NCBI GenBank assembly: GCA_032128875.1
Contig: JAVLKG010000009.1
Coordinates: forward strand, 128,001-192,000
From: Candidatus Melainabacteria bacterium 17Bon1m
GTDB taxonomy: Bacteria; Cyanobacteriota; Vampirovibrionia; Obscuribacterales; Obscuribacteraceae
Length of the DNA stretch: 64,000 nt
Reading direction: 5' to 3'
Below the pieces are notes generated by a model. The model searched no databases, had not been told where the DNA came from, and worked only from the letters and a program-made list of their open reading frames with translations. Positions within the stretch are counted from its first letter, which is position 1. Each line of letters begins with the position of its first letter. Shown here one piece after another: positions 27,762 to 36,981 of this stretch. Both the position numbers and the translations under genes were made by a program.

Positions 27762-28871
27762 ATGGAGGAGAAAGTGGACGGTCATACGGACAGGCGCCAA
27801 GAGGCTATATCTGTGCCGTTCTTCTACCGCTGGCTACGGTCTCTTGTCTTTGAGATGGACCCCGAAGAAGCTCACACGCTAGCCGTTCAGCTTGCTCCTG
27901 TGGCAGCTGCGATGAGCCCAGGAGCGTTTCAAGACCCATGCCTGGCGACCACGGTTGCTGGGGTTAAATTTGCGAACCCTGTGGGGCTGGCGGCTGGTTT
28001 TGACAAGAATGGTCGCTTGACCAACTGCCTTTCGAGGTTTGGATTCGGATTTGCGGAGATAGGCTCCATAACTGCGCAGTCCACCAATGGAAATCCCAAA
28101 CCCCGTCTTTTCCGTCTGGTGGACGACGAAGCCGTGATCAACCGCCTCGGACTCAACGGTGACGGCGCTTCTGTGGTGGCTCAAAGACTTGAAGGAGCTG
28201 GCTTTTCGCTGCCCGTTGGCGTCAACATTGCTAAGACCAATCTTCCCACAATCAAGGGTGAGAAAGGCGTTGAGGATATGTTGCAGTCATTTGAATGCAT
28301 TAGAAATCTCCCGCTCGCCTTTGTAACTTTGAACGCTAGTTGCCCGAACACACACGAAGGCATTATGCAGGAGAGTGAAGAGCTCGATCAGATGCTGGCA
28401 GGCGTGCAGAGATTGAATGAGCGAAAACTGCCTGTTCTTCTAAAGCTGTCGCCGGACAGCACAGACGAATTGCTGGAAAAATTTGTAGACAGTGCGTGTA
28501 AGTATGGCATCAGAGGCTACGTTTTGGGCAACACCACGACCAAACGAGACGGATTGAGTACTGCACCCAGCACAGTTGCCGCGATGGGCAATGGCGGGTT
28601 GAGCGGAAAACCGCTTAAACAGAAAGCTCTAGAACTCGTGAAGCGTGTTTATAAGATCAAACGCAAAGAGCAAGACATTATTGGCTGTGGCGGAATCTCC
28701 AGCGGAGCCGATGCATTTGATTTCATCGCTCATGGTGCTAATGCTGTCGAGCTATACACAGGGCTGATTTACGGTGGGCCTGATTTGCCTTGCAGAATCA
28801 ACAGACAGTTGGCGCAACTTCTGAAGGCAAAAAATCTTACGGTGGAAACCGCTGTGGGTACCAAGGATTAG
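27762..28871 (+). CDS. pyrD: Quinone-dependent dihydroorotate dehydrogenase (class 2)
   Basis: 'NPVGLAAGFDKN', 'GNPKPRLFRL', 'INRLGLNG', 'NASCPNT', 'KLSPD', 'GGLSG'. Confidence 0.95.
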   Translation: MEEKVDGHTDRRQEAISVPFFYRWLRSLVFEMDPEEAHTLAVQLAPVAAAMSPGAFQDPCLATTVAGVKFANPVGLAAGFDKNGRLTNCLSRFGFGFAEIGSITAQSTNGNPKPRLFRLVDDEAVINRLGLNGDGASVVAQRLEGAGFSLPVGVNIAKTNLPTIKGEKGVEDMLQSFECIRNLPLAFVTLNASCPNTHEGIMQESEELDQMLAGVQRLNERKLPVLLKLSPDSTDELLEKFVDSACKYGIRGYVLGNTTTKRDGLSTAPSTVAAMGNGGLSGKPLKQKALELVKRVYKIKRKEQDIIGCGGISSGADAFDFIAHGANAVELYTGLIYGGPDLPCRINRQLAQLLKAKNLTVETAVGTKD

Positions 28872-29047
28872 GGGATTGAAAACAGTAGGGGTTGAAGCAG
28901 TAGGGGTTGAAAACAGTAGGGGCGGCGCATGCGGCTCCCTGCCAGGGCGGCGCATGCGCCGCCCCTACTAGGTATGAAGCGCCGCCCCTACTAGGTATGA
29001 AGCGCCGCCCGTACTAGGTATGAAGCGCCGCCCGTACTAGGTATAAG
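28870..29047. repeat. Inverted REP pair flanked by tandem amplifications of both REP ends
   Basis: Left: TAGGGG(A)TTGAA..CAG x3 (15-17 bp). Core: GTAGGGGCGGCGCATGCGGCTCCC..GGGCGGCGCATGCGCCGCCCCTAC. Right: 23-bp GCGCCGCCC(C/G)TACTAGGTATGAA x4 (28956-29047). Confidence 0.9.
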
Positions 29048-29078
29048 CCCACTTCTATGAGATTAGAAAACGAGCAAC

Positions 29079-30161
29079 TTACGCAGATATTGTTTCTGCA
29101 GAAGTCGGCTCGGCACCTTCTGTAGTGTCATCTGCATTGAGAGGCTTGAGATAAAACTCTTGCGCAAGAAATTGCAATGCCGCAGCACACGGAACAGCTA
29201 TTAATGCGCCAGGCAAGCCAAGTAGCGTTGCTCCAATCAGTATGGAAAACAAAACCAGAAGCGGGTGCAACTCGACTTGTTTGCCAAGCAACTGCGGAAC
29301 GATGAAATTACTTTCAAGCCATTGTTCTAAAGCGAAGAGAAGAAAAACAAAAACTGCAAGCAGTTCTGATTGGTTGAAGGCAACCACCAGGGACAATACC
29401 ATCGCAATTGCCGAGCCAACGAATGGTACAAGATTGAAAAGCCCAGCCAGAGCGCCAAGAACCAGCGAGTATTCTACCTTTAGAAGAGTCAGCCCTGTGC
29501 CCAGAAAAAGAGCTACGGCGATGCTCACTAGCATCTGCCCTCTCACGTATCCACCCATGCGAGCACCCAGTGGACGAATTAGTCCGCCGATTCGAGCGCG
29601 GTTGGCTCGAGGCACCCAGAGTAAAAGTTTTTGCCAGATGTCGTTTGCCTCAACTACAAAATAGGATGTCAGAAAGAGCACAAGCAGTGCGTTAGCGAGC
29701 GCTCCCATAAGCCCGGCAGTCAGACTGAGCGTATGCTTTGCCACGTTAGGCGCAAACTGTTTTAGCCGCTCCGGATCGATCTTCATATGATCGCCATCGG
29801 ACCCTACGTACTCCGTCAAAAATGGAAACTTCGCAGTCAGCCCTTGGATGTATTTGGGAATACTGTCATACAGCGCTAATGCTTGCTCTTTCATCGGCGG
29901 GAAAAGTAAGTAAGCAACCGCCGAGTAGATCAAACCAGTGAGTATGAAAATCGAGATGACTGTGACCGCACGTGGAATCTTCTTTTTCTCTAGCCACTCT
30001 GCGACGGGAGCAATTGCGGATGCTAGTGTGATTGCCATGAGCAAGCAGACGACCATGATGCGTAGCTCAAAAATCAGCCAGCAAATGAAAGCCCCAAGAA
30101 ATAGATAAAAGACGCCAAGCGCAGCTCGTAATCCCGGACGGTGTCTAGGAAATTTTGTCAT
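29079..30161 (-). CDS. AI-2E (PerM/UPF0118) family transporter
   Basis: 'GGYVRGQ', 'NLVPFVGS', 'QWLESNFIVPQLLGKQVELHPL', 'GALIAVP'. Confidence 0.92.
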   Translation of the reverse strand: MTKFPRHRPGLRAALGVFYLFLGAFICWLIFELRIMVVCLLMAITLASAIAPVAEWLEKKKIPRAVTVISIFILTGLIYSAVAYLLFPPMKEQALALYDSIPKYIQGLTAKFPFLTEYVGSDGDHMKIDPERLKQFAPNVAKHTLSLTAGLMGALANALLVLFLTSYFVVEANDIWQKLLLWVPRANRARIGGLIRPLGARMGGYVRGQMLVSIAVALFLGTGLTLLKVEYSLVLGALAGLFNLVPFVGSAIAMVLSLVVAFNQSELLAVFVFLLFALEQWLESNFIVPQLLGKQVELHPLLVLFSILIGATLLGLPGALIAVPCAAALQFLAQEFYLKPLNADDTTEGAEPTSAETISA

Positions 30162-30164
30162 GCG

Positions 30165-32675
30165 TCAATTCACCTTTAGAATTCGGCTGGGCAGTCCAAT
30201 CATGTTTCCAGTTCTGTCAAGAGCAACCACGACGATGTGACGGGTCTTCCCGTCATTGTAGACCTCTGGCGGTATGTTGAAGTTGCCCTCAGTTTGCTGA
30301 AAATGAAGCCAACTTTGCACATTTCCAGTAAGTGATGGTTCTTGCGAAACAAGTTTTTTCTCTTGCGGTGTTACTTGCAAATTACGATATTTTTTCAGCG
30401 CATTTGCATCCGACAGATTGTCGAACACTGTGTTTGGCTGGGATATCAAAACCAGCAATGCCGCAGCGTCTCTCACATTTTTGACGTTGAACCGGTATTG
30501 GTTTTGCCCAGAAACTTTCAAGAGATCCGGAACACATTCGGGCAGTGAAATCCCCTCAATAGACTGCACGTCAACGTAATAAGGGGAGTTCTGAAGTGCG
30601 ATTCCGACGCCTTCTACGGGACCACCAAGCTGCCATTCTTTATTGTCAAGCAAAGGGCATTCGTAGATGTTGTCACCGGTTCTAACAATCGGCGCTGTCT
30701 TTTCGCCGGAGAGCACGGTGTTTTTTTGCTTCCACTTAAAGCGAACCAAATGAAGCAGTCTATCAATCGGTTGATTTGCTTCCACTGTCATTTTGATCCT
30801 AACGAGCGGCGTGTAGAGTGGATTGATCTCCTTAATTGGTTTGAAAACCTGAAGTCCTTCGCTCGCCGGATACAAACGCATGCTATTGACTTGTGTCACC
30901 ACCTGCGGTTGCTCTTTGCAGAAGACAAACCATTGTTTGCCGTCAGTAATTTTGGTGGCAGCAGGACTAATGTTGCAGTCCTTTATGCCATTGAAGGAGC
31001 AGCTGAATCCGGTGTTTGCTGATGAATCAGTTGAGCCGTTCAATGGATGCAGCTTGAGGTCTGATTCACTGAAGTAGAGCAGCTGAGGAGATTGGTTGTT
31101 TTTCGCAACTTCATTCGGCAAGTTAGTGTCTTGTGCCTTAAAATCGAAATTGTTGCCTTCGTCGCTCACTGAAAACGGTGGTGTTATCATCGTTTTGAAA
31201 TATTGCGGTCGCGCCAAGACTGGAGCGCCGTGAAAGTCTGACGGCAAATTGAGAAGGGCGAACCTTCTTTCTGGGTTTTGCTGATGGAGCGTTGACACTT
31301 CCTGTCTCAGCTTCTTGAGCATCTCGCCAGCGCCAGAGAAGGCTGTCATATTACTATGAGAGAGCGCGCAGAAGACGACAAGCGTAAATGCAAGAAAGCC
31401 GACTCCGACGGTTGCAGATAGTTTTGTCGATATTTTATCGATGGAGTCTTCGCTCGGTACAAACGCGAAAGCTAGAGCCAATGCCAATGGCGCCGAAGAG
31501 AGAAAGAACAGCCGTGCACCGCTCAGATTGTTGGCAATGTTCCAAATTTGGAAAGTTGGCAATAGTGAAATAGCGCCAAACAGAAAGAAAGCAACGAAAT
31601 AACGAGTCAATAAAGGCGTCGCCAGGCATCTGAGACCAGCAAACACGGCTGCCGCGATATAGGTAGTAAAGCCTATCGTCATGAGTCTTTTGCTAGTTGG
31701 CAGAATTTCTTCGTTGACCGGAATCATTACTTTCAGAAGCGCCGCTCTGTTTGCAAAGTTAGCAAATAAGGTATCGAGCCCTACTATTGCTCCACCTGCT
31801 CCACCTGACCCATAACCTCCAATTGCACTTCCCAGTACGATTGTTCTTATCAACGCAAACGCGCCGAGAGTGAGCCAAAGAAGCCAAAGGGTGCGCTGTT
31901 CGAGCGGTGAAGGGATGCGGAAGAACCTCGCCCATGGTTTTTGATTGCTTGCGATGTTCGCGTTATCTGGAATCAAAAACGCAAATACTGTTGCAACCGC
32001 GGGCAGGGTCACTGCCATTTCTTTGCTCAAAAGCGAAAGTGCAAAGCAAACAACAGAAAGCCAGATGTATGGCTTCTCTTCAATGAGCTTAAGCCGAAGA
32101 AAATAGTATAGCGATGCCAGATAGAAAAGAGTACAAAGCAGATCGACCCGCCCGATGATCCATGCAACTGACTCGACGTGCAAGGGATAGGCTGCGAATA
32201 ACAATGCCGCCCATATGGCTGTCGCCGCACGCATTCTGTTGCCAAATGGACCGCAAAGCTCTGACGCGATCAATGCCACAAAAAGACAGCAACAACTAGT
32301 CAGCAGCAGGTTGGTAATGTGAAACCCAATTGCGTTTGTTTTATAAACAAGAAAATCGGTGAGGAGCGATAGCGAAATCAAAGGGCGGTAACTGAGCATC
32401 AGGTCAGAGCGACCCCAGTTGCTGTAGAAGTTTGCAAGAAAGTCGTGCCAATCACCCTTGCTGACTGCGCGCGCTACATAATCAAGGTGCAGCCAGTCAT
32501 CATGCAAAAATCCTATTGTCAAAGACGGCCAGAAGATTGTGAAAATCAGGATAGCTGAAAGCACAGTCGCAAAGACAATTTGTGTTTTAACCGATAGAAA
32601 GTCCAGCTTTGCCGGCTCGAGATCGAGCCTGCTCAGGTCGTGCTTCGGTGCTTCGGCGGTGGCAGGTGTCGTCAT
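30165..32675 (-). CDS. GT-C superfamily (TMTC/PMT-like, GT39-type) membrane glycosyltransferase
   Basis: 'GFLHDDW' DD motif, 'YRPLISLS', 'FHITNLLL', 'PLHVESVAWIIGR.D', 'LLSKEMAVTLP'; many TMs, then a soluble C-terminal region. Confidence 0.75.
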   Translation of the reverse strand: MTTPATAEAPKHDLSRLDLEPAKLDFLSVKTQIVFATVLSAILIFTIFWPSLTIGFLHDDWLHLDYVARAVSKGDWHDFLANFYSNWGRSDLMLSYRPLISLSLLTDFLVYKTNAIGFHITNLLLTSCCCLFVALIASELCGPFGNRMRAATAIWAALLFAAYPLHVESVAWIIGRVDLLCTLFYLASLYYFLRLKLIEEKPYIWLSVVCFALSLLSKEMAVTLPAVATVFAFLIPDNANIASNQKPWARFFRIPSPLEQRTLWLLWLTLGAFALIRTIVLGSAIGGYGSGGAGGAIVGLDTLFANFANRAALLKVMIPVNEEILPTSKRLMTIGFTTYIAAAVFAGLRCLATPLLTRYFVAFFLFGAISLLPTFQIWNIANNLSGARLFFLSSAPLALALAFAFVPSEDSIDKISTKLSATVGVGFLAFTLVVFCALSHSNMTAFSGAGEMLKKLRQEVSTLHQQNPERRFALLNLPSDFHGAPVLARPQYFKTMITPPFSVSDEGNNFDFKAQDTNLPNEVAKNNQSPQLLYFSESDLKLHPLNGSTDSSANTGFSCSFNGIKDCNISPAATKITDGKQWFVFCKEQPQVVTQVNSMRLYPASEGLQVFKPIKEINPLYTPLVRIKMTVEANQPIDRLLHLVRFKWKQKNTVLSGEKTAPIVRTGDNIYECPLLDNKEWQLGGPVEGVGIALQNSPYYVDVQSIEGISLPECVPDLLKVSGQNQYRFNVKNVRDAAALLVLISQPNTVFDNLSDANALKKYRNLQVTPQEKKLVSQEPSLTGNVQSWLHFQQTEGNFNIPPEVYNDGKTRHIVVVALDRTGNMIGLPSRILKVN

Positions 32676-35227
32676 TTGCTTTCCACCACCCCGTTTTTGT
32701 CTGCGTTTTTCCTTTTGAAATATGCAGGTGTGACTTGAAAATTGATCGGATTGGAAACATAACCGAGAGGCTTATCTCGGGCATCCATAGCGAGTATGCG
32801 AAACTCATAGTAGCCAGGCACTTTCAATGCCTTTAGAGAAACGACTGCATTCGTCGAACTTAAATTATCCAACTTACCCGAATCGAAAGCCTTATCAGAT
32901 GGAGCTTTGTCGCGCAGTGTGCCAGTGTAATGTTCAAACCATGACTCCGGCCGGCTAATTTCGTACCGCACATATTTCGCTCCTTTGATTCTTGTCGCGT
33001 CGTAAATGAGCGGTCCGAGGTCTTTGTTTATGTAGAGAGTTCCGTTCGAGTCGATGTACGTTTTGGTCCCAGGTGCAAAGGATAGAGTCGGAATCTCATC
33101 ATCAGCGTTTATGAAGCGTACTGATTTGACGTTTATCTTGCATGGTTTTTCCGACGTGTTGAGCGTGAGTCCGGTGATTTTGCCTTCGCCCACCCAACTC
33201 TTTAGCTCCCCAACCGAGAAGCGGTAAGTGTTTTCGCCAGGCTTGAGAGGTTGAACAGACTCTCTTTCCTGAGCATAAATCGGATGCGTAGCTCCAGCCC
33301 ATCCCAAAACGAGAATCGCGTTTTCCGGAAGTTTTTTGTCGGGATCTTTCGGTTCTACTTTCAAAGTTACATCGAGAAAATCAAAGTCGGTCGATGGTGC
33401 GTCGATCGCCGGAGACTGGAAAATCTGATTTGCGTCTTCTAAGACAGCGTTTCCTCCTGCCAGCTCAAATGTTTGACGAGGAGCGCAAAGCGCAATCGAA
33501 TGCCAGCCTTTCATGGGCAGCAGTTTTTGTTCTGTGCTATCCCAAACAAAAACGCCGGCGAGATTCTTGTCGGCGAGCAGGTTTCGAAGCCTGGTTCTGC
33601 CAATCAAATTTGCATCGCCAAATGTCACTGGTTCAAACGTAATTATTCGCTCGCTAAGATCTTCCTTTGTCAGAGGAGGCTTCAATGTCACACCAAACAT
33701 AGAGGCGTTGTACAGCATGTGCGCGCCCTTTTGATGTGGTGGCAAATTCAGCAGAGCCACTTTCATGTCTTTGGGACGTCCGGTGAGTGCCGCTTCTACT
33801 CCTGCTCTCAAACTGTTGACGCCTCTCGAGGCTTCTACCCACGGTTGATTATTTTGTCGAGCGATAAAGGCATAGGAAATGGTGAAAAGAGCCGCCAAAG
33901 CCGTGCTCAGGAGAGGCAATAAGGAAATGTGCCCGTGATTTTTCTTTTCGTCTCCCGCGCCGAAAATTAAAGAAGCAATGATGAGAACAACCGGCGCTGT
34001 CGCCAGATAAACGAAGCGACCCCCCTGCAAGATTGCGGTGATGTCGAAGACTTGAACTGTCGGCGCCAACGCGATGACTAACCAGATTAGGCCTAAAGGA
34101 AGAAATGGTGAGATTGAGAAAGGAAATGCGCTAATTTTTCGCTTAGACAAAATTGCTCTTGCAACAGCGATTACGAGAGCAGCCCCTGTCATTAGTTTGA
34201 AAACAAGCCTGATCTTGTCGGATGGTTCGGTCACAAAATCGTTGAATGGAAGAAGCAGTCGGGTGAGGCTTCCCCCCTCAAACCAGCGACGAAAGAGTGA
34301 ATCTTTTAGACCTTCACCAACCGAGCCGCTATAGCCGCCGAATAATGTTCCTAAAACGACTGCGCGGAAGCCGAGATAGAGCAATAGCAGAAGGACGTGC
34401 CATTTGGTCGCTTTGAGTGCTTCTCTGAACGCTTCTACAAAACCGGCGCGCCATCCTGTGTCACTTTTGTTTTTTTGATGGTCAGAGCTGGAAAAGGCGT
34501 GGTTTATCAGCTCGTAAATGAAGATGGTCGGCGGCAAGGTAATCGCCATTTCTTTGGACATGAGCGACAAAGTGAACGCAATCAGGCTCAATACCTGCGT
34601 TGCTCCTGAACGTTTCTTCGCACCGTGCCTGCTCAGCAAATAGAGCCAGAGCGACAAGAAGAGAAATGTAGTGCAAACGCTATCGACTCTCGCAATAATC
34701 CAGCTCACAACCTCGGGATGCAGCGGGTGGCAAGCGAAAAGAGACGCCGTCAAAAGCGCTGTGGAAAACTTCGCGCGTTTGTCCAGAGCAGGGAACATGC
34801 ACAGGAGAGAAAGGAACAGAAAAACGGAGCTGAGCGTCTGGTAGAGGAAGTTGGAAATGTGAAAACCGTCGGGGTTTGCGCCCCAAAAGAGGTAATCAGA
34901 GGCAAGGGTAATGGAAATGAGTGGACGATAAAAACAAGTTCCGAGCGTCTGCATCCAATTCGAGTAGAAATTTTTCCACAATAAATGGGCATGCCCATTG
35001 AAGACGGATTTCAAATAATCGACATGGGCGAAATCGTCCGCTAGAAAATATCCGCGCAAACTATCGCTAAAGGCAGCGAAATTGAGCAAAACAATGATTA
35101 AGACAGCAGCCAAAATCAACAGCAACGAATCCTTTGCGGGTTCGTTTGCCGCGGCCGCCCTGGTGTTTAAACCGTCTTGGGAGGTTGACTGCTGAATGTT
35201 TTCTATCACCGTGAAGGATGTCTCCAC
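32672..35227 (-). CDS. GT-C superfamily (TMTC/PMT-like) glycosyltransferase, paralogue
   Basis: 'GYFLADDF', 'FYRPLISIT', 'HPLHPEVVSWIIAR.D', 'LMSKEMAITLP'. ATGA overlap with the next gene. Start uncertain (35227 or 35305). Confidence 0.75.
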   Translation of the reverse strand: METSFTVIENIQQSTSQDGLNTRAAAANEPAKDSLLLILAAVLIIVLLNFAAFSDSLRGYFLADDFAHVDYLKSVFNGHAHLLWKNFYSNWMQTLGTCFYRPLISITLASDYLFWGANPDGFHISNFLYQTLSSVFLFLSLLCMFPALDKRAKFSTALLTASLFACHPLHPEVVSWIIARVDSVCTTFLFLSLWLYLLSRHGAKKRSGATQVLSLIAFTLSLMSKEMAITLPPTIFIYELINHAFSSSDHQKNKSDTGWRAGFVEAFREALKATKWHVLLLLLYLGFRAVVLGTLFGGYSGSVGEGLKDSLFRRWFEGGSLTRLLLPFNDFVTEPSDKIRLVFKLMTGAALVIAVARAILSKRKISAFPFSISPFLPLGLIWLVIALAPTVQVFDITAILQGGRFVYLATAPVVLIIASLIFGAGDEKKNHGHISLLPLLSTALAALFTISYAFIARQNNQPWVEASRGVNSLRAGVEAALTGRPKDMKVALLNLPPHQKGAHMLYNASMFGVTLKPPLTKEDLSERIITFEPVTFGDANLIGRTRLRNLLADKNLAGVFVWDSTEQKLLPMKGWHSIALCAPRQTFELAGGNAVLEDANQIFQSPAIDAPSTDFDFLDVTLKVEPKDPDKKLPENAILVLGWAGATHPIYAQERESVQPLKPGENTYRFSVGELKSWVGEGKITGLTLNTSEKPCKINVKSVRFINADDEIPTLSFAPGTKTYIDSNGTLYINKDLGPLIYDATRIKGAKYVRYEISRPESWFEHYTGTLRDKAPSDKAFDSGKLDNLSSTNAVVSLKALKVPGYYEFRILAMDARDKPLGYVSNPINFQVTPAYFKRKNADKNGVVESK

Positions 35228-35528
35228 TTCTAATTTCCGTCGATTAGCGAAGTGCGAATCAGGCGCTCGCGGGCGTCTTGGAGAATCAGGACAATTTGGT
35301 CTCATTGCTCAAGACGGTCCGATTATGACTTGGATCCGCTCTGAGTGCGTGAGTTAGACATCAGCAGGGGTAGCCAGATTGCACTTTTCTTGTTAGAAAA
35401 ATAATAGGAGAGTAATTGAATTAGAAGTTTAAGGACCATCTGCCTGAGCAGGCAACCAGGTAAGCTTTAGTACCTAGCCAAGTGGTGAATTCTAAAGAAC
35501 GGAAGACCGTAGTAATTTGCTGGTATCT

Positions 35529-36965
35529 ATGAAAGACCACATCACTGACGAATCGACGCTGAAATTCCCGGATGGCTTCATCTGGGGCGCTGCCACGTCG
35601 CATTTTCAGGTGGAAGGGCATCCGACCGAAATTAAAAACAAGCTGTCTGATTGGTCCAAGTGGGCTTCGATTGCCGGCAACATCGCCGATAGCACGACTG
35701 CGGATGCCGCCTGCGACTTCGTTTCGCGATATCTGGACGACATCGAGCTCCTCAGCGGGCTGAATTTGGGCGCTCTGAGAATCAGCTTGAATTGGGCGGT
35801 CTTATGCCCTGACGACGAAGAAACTCGCAGTGGACAAAAGCGCCTGAGCCTCAATCCGGAAGGCGTTCAATACTATAAGAAATTGCTCTCGACCCTGAAG
35901 GGCCGTGGCATTACAACCTTCGTAACCCTCTTCCACTTCTGCCTGCCGCAGTGGCTGGCTGAGGAGGGTGGTTGGTTGGGACCACGAACCGCTGAGGAAT
36001 TTGGACGTTTTGCCGAGTTGGTGGCTGGTGAGCTGGGCGAGTATATAGACTACTGGATCACGATTAACGAACCGCTTCCGTACGCTTATCAGGGCTACGT
36101 TGAGGGCTCCTGGCCTCCCGGTCAGAAGCATCATTACGTCAACGCCTTCCAATGCGTACACAACATGTTGCAAGGCCATGCACTTGCATATCATGCGATT
36201 CACAAGATCATTCCGACAGCACAGGTCAGCTTTACCAATCACTGGCGCCCGTTTGTGCCCGTCAACAAGTGGAATCCGCTCGACAATCTTGTCACCCACA
36301 TGCGCAATCGTGTCTTCAATCACCTGTTTCCCAATGCGATCAAAACAGGTGCGATGGATTTTCCATTCCCGCTGACGCTGCGCACTGCGATTAAAGAACT
36401 TTGCCGTCCCATCGAAGGTCTCAAGGGGACAATGGACTATAGCGGCGTCAACTACTACACGCGCGACCTTTCGCATCACAGCCTGGAAGCGCCTTTTGAC
36501 GTGTTCGGAAGGAGCAGTCGCGGACCAGATACGGAAGTGAGCTGCATGGGCTGGGAAAGTTATCCTGACGGTCTCTATGAAGTTCTCACAAATGAGTTGC
36601 GGCAATACTCCAAGCATGCCGACGGCAGAGATTGTCCGATTATCATTACGGAAAACGGCTTTGCCGACCTATTTCCGGCGCACCTGACTGAAGACGGTGA
36701 CTGGTCGCTTGCCGATGATTACCGCATCAAATACATGATTTCGCACTTGAAAGCGATGCACAAAGCGATTAAGAAGGGCGCCAACGTCAAAGGTTATCTT
36801 TATTGGTCTTTGCTTGATAACTTCGAGTGGGCTGAGGGGCTTAAAGCCCGATTTGGCTTGGTGCGCGTTGCTTTCCCGACTCAAAAACGAACTCTGCGCA
36901 AGAGTGCCTATGTGTATGCCAAAATAGCTTCTAGTAATGCGCTGGACAACGGATCGGGCTATTAG
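35529..36965 (+). CDS. Glycoside hydrolase family 1 (beta-glucosidase-like)
   Basis: 'FPDGFIWGAATSHFQVEG', acid/base 'TINEP', nucleophile 'ITENG', 'WSLLDNFEW'. Confidence 0.95.
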   Translation: MKDHITDESTLKFPDGFIWGAATSHFQVEGHPTEIKNKLSDWSKWASIAGNIADSTTADAACDFVSRYLDDIELLSGLNLGALRISLNWAVLCPDDEETRSGQKRLSLNPEGVQYYKKLLSTLKGRGITTFVTLFHFCLPQWLAEEGGWLGPRTAEEFGRFAELVAGELGEYIDYWITINEPLPYAYQGYVEGSWPPGQKHHYVNAFQCVHNMLQGHALAYHAIHKIIPTAQVSFTNHWRPFVPVNKWNPLDNLVTHMRNRVFNHLFPNAIKTGAMDFPFPLTLRTAIKELCRPIEGLKGTMDYSGVNYYTRDLSHHSLEAPFDVFGRSSRGPDTEVSCMGWESYPDGLYEVLTNELRQYSKHADGRDCPIIITENGFADLFPAHLTEDGDWSLADDYRIKYMISHLKAMHKAIKKGANVKGYLYWSLLDNFEWAEGLKARFGLVRVAFPTQKRTLRKSAYVYAKIASSNALDNGSGY

Positions 36966-36981
36966 GACACTCAGCAAATTT

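Noticed and set aside
28956-29047. 23-bp repeats as a mini-CRISPR
   Set aside because: Head-to-tail tandem copies with no spacers.
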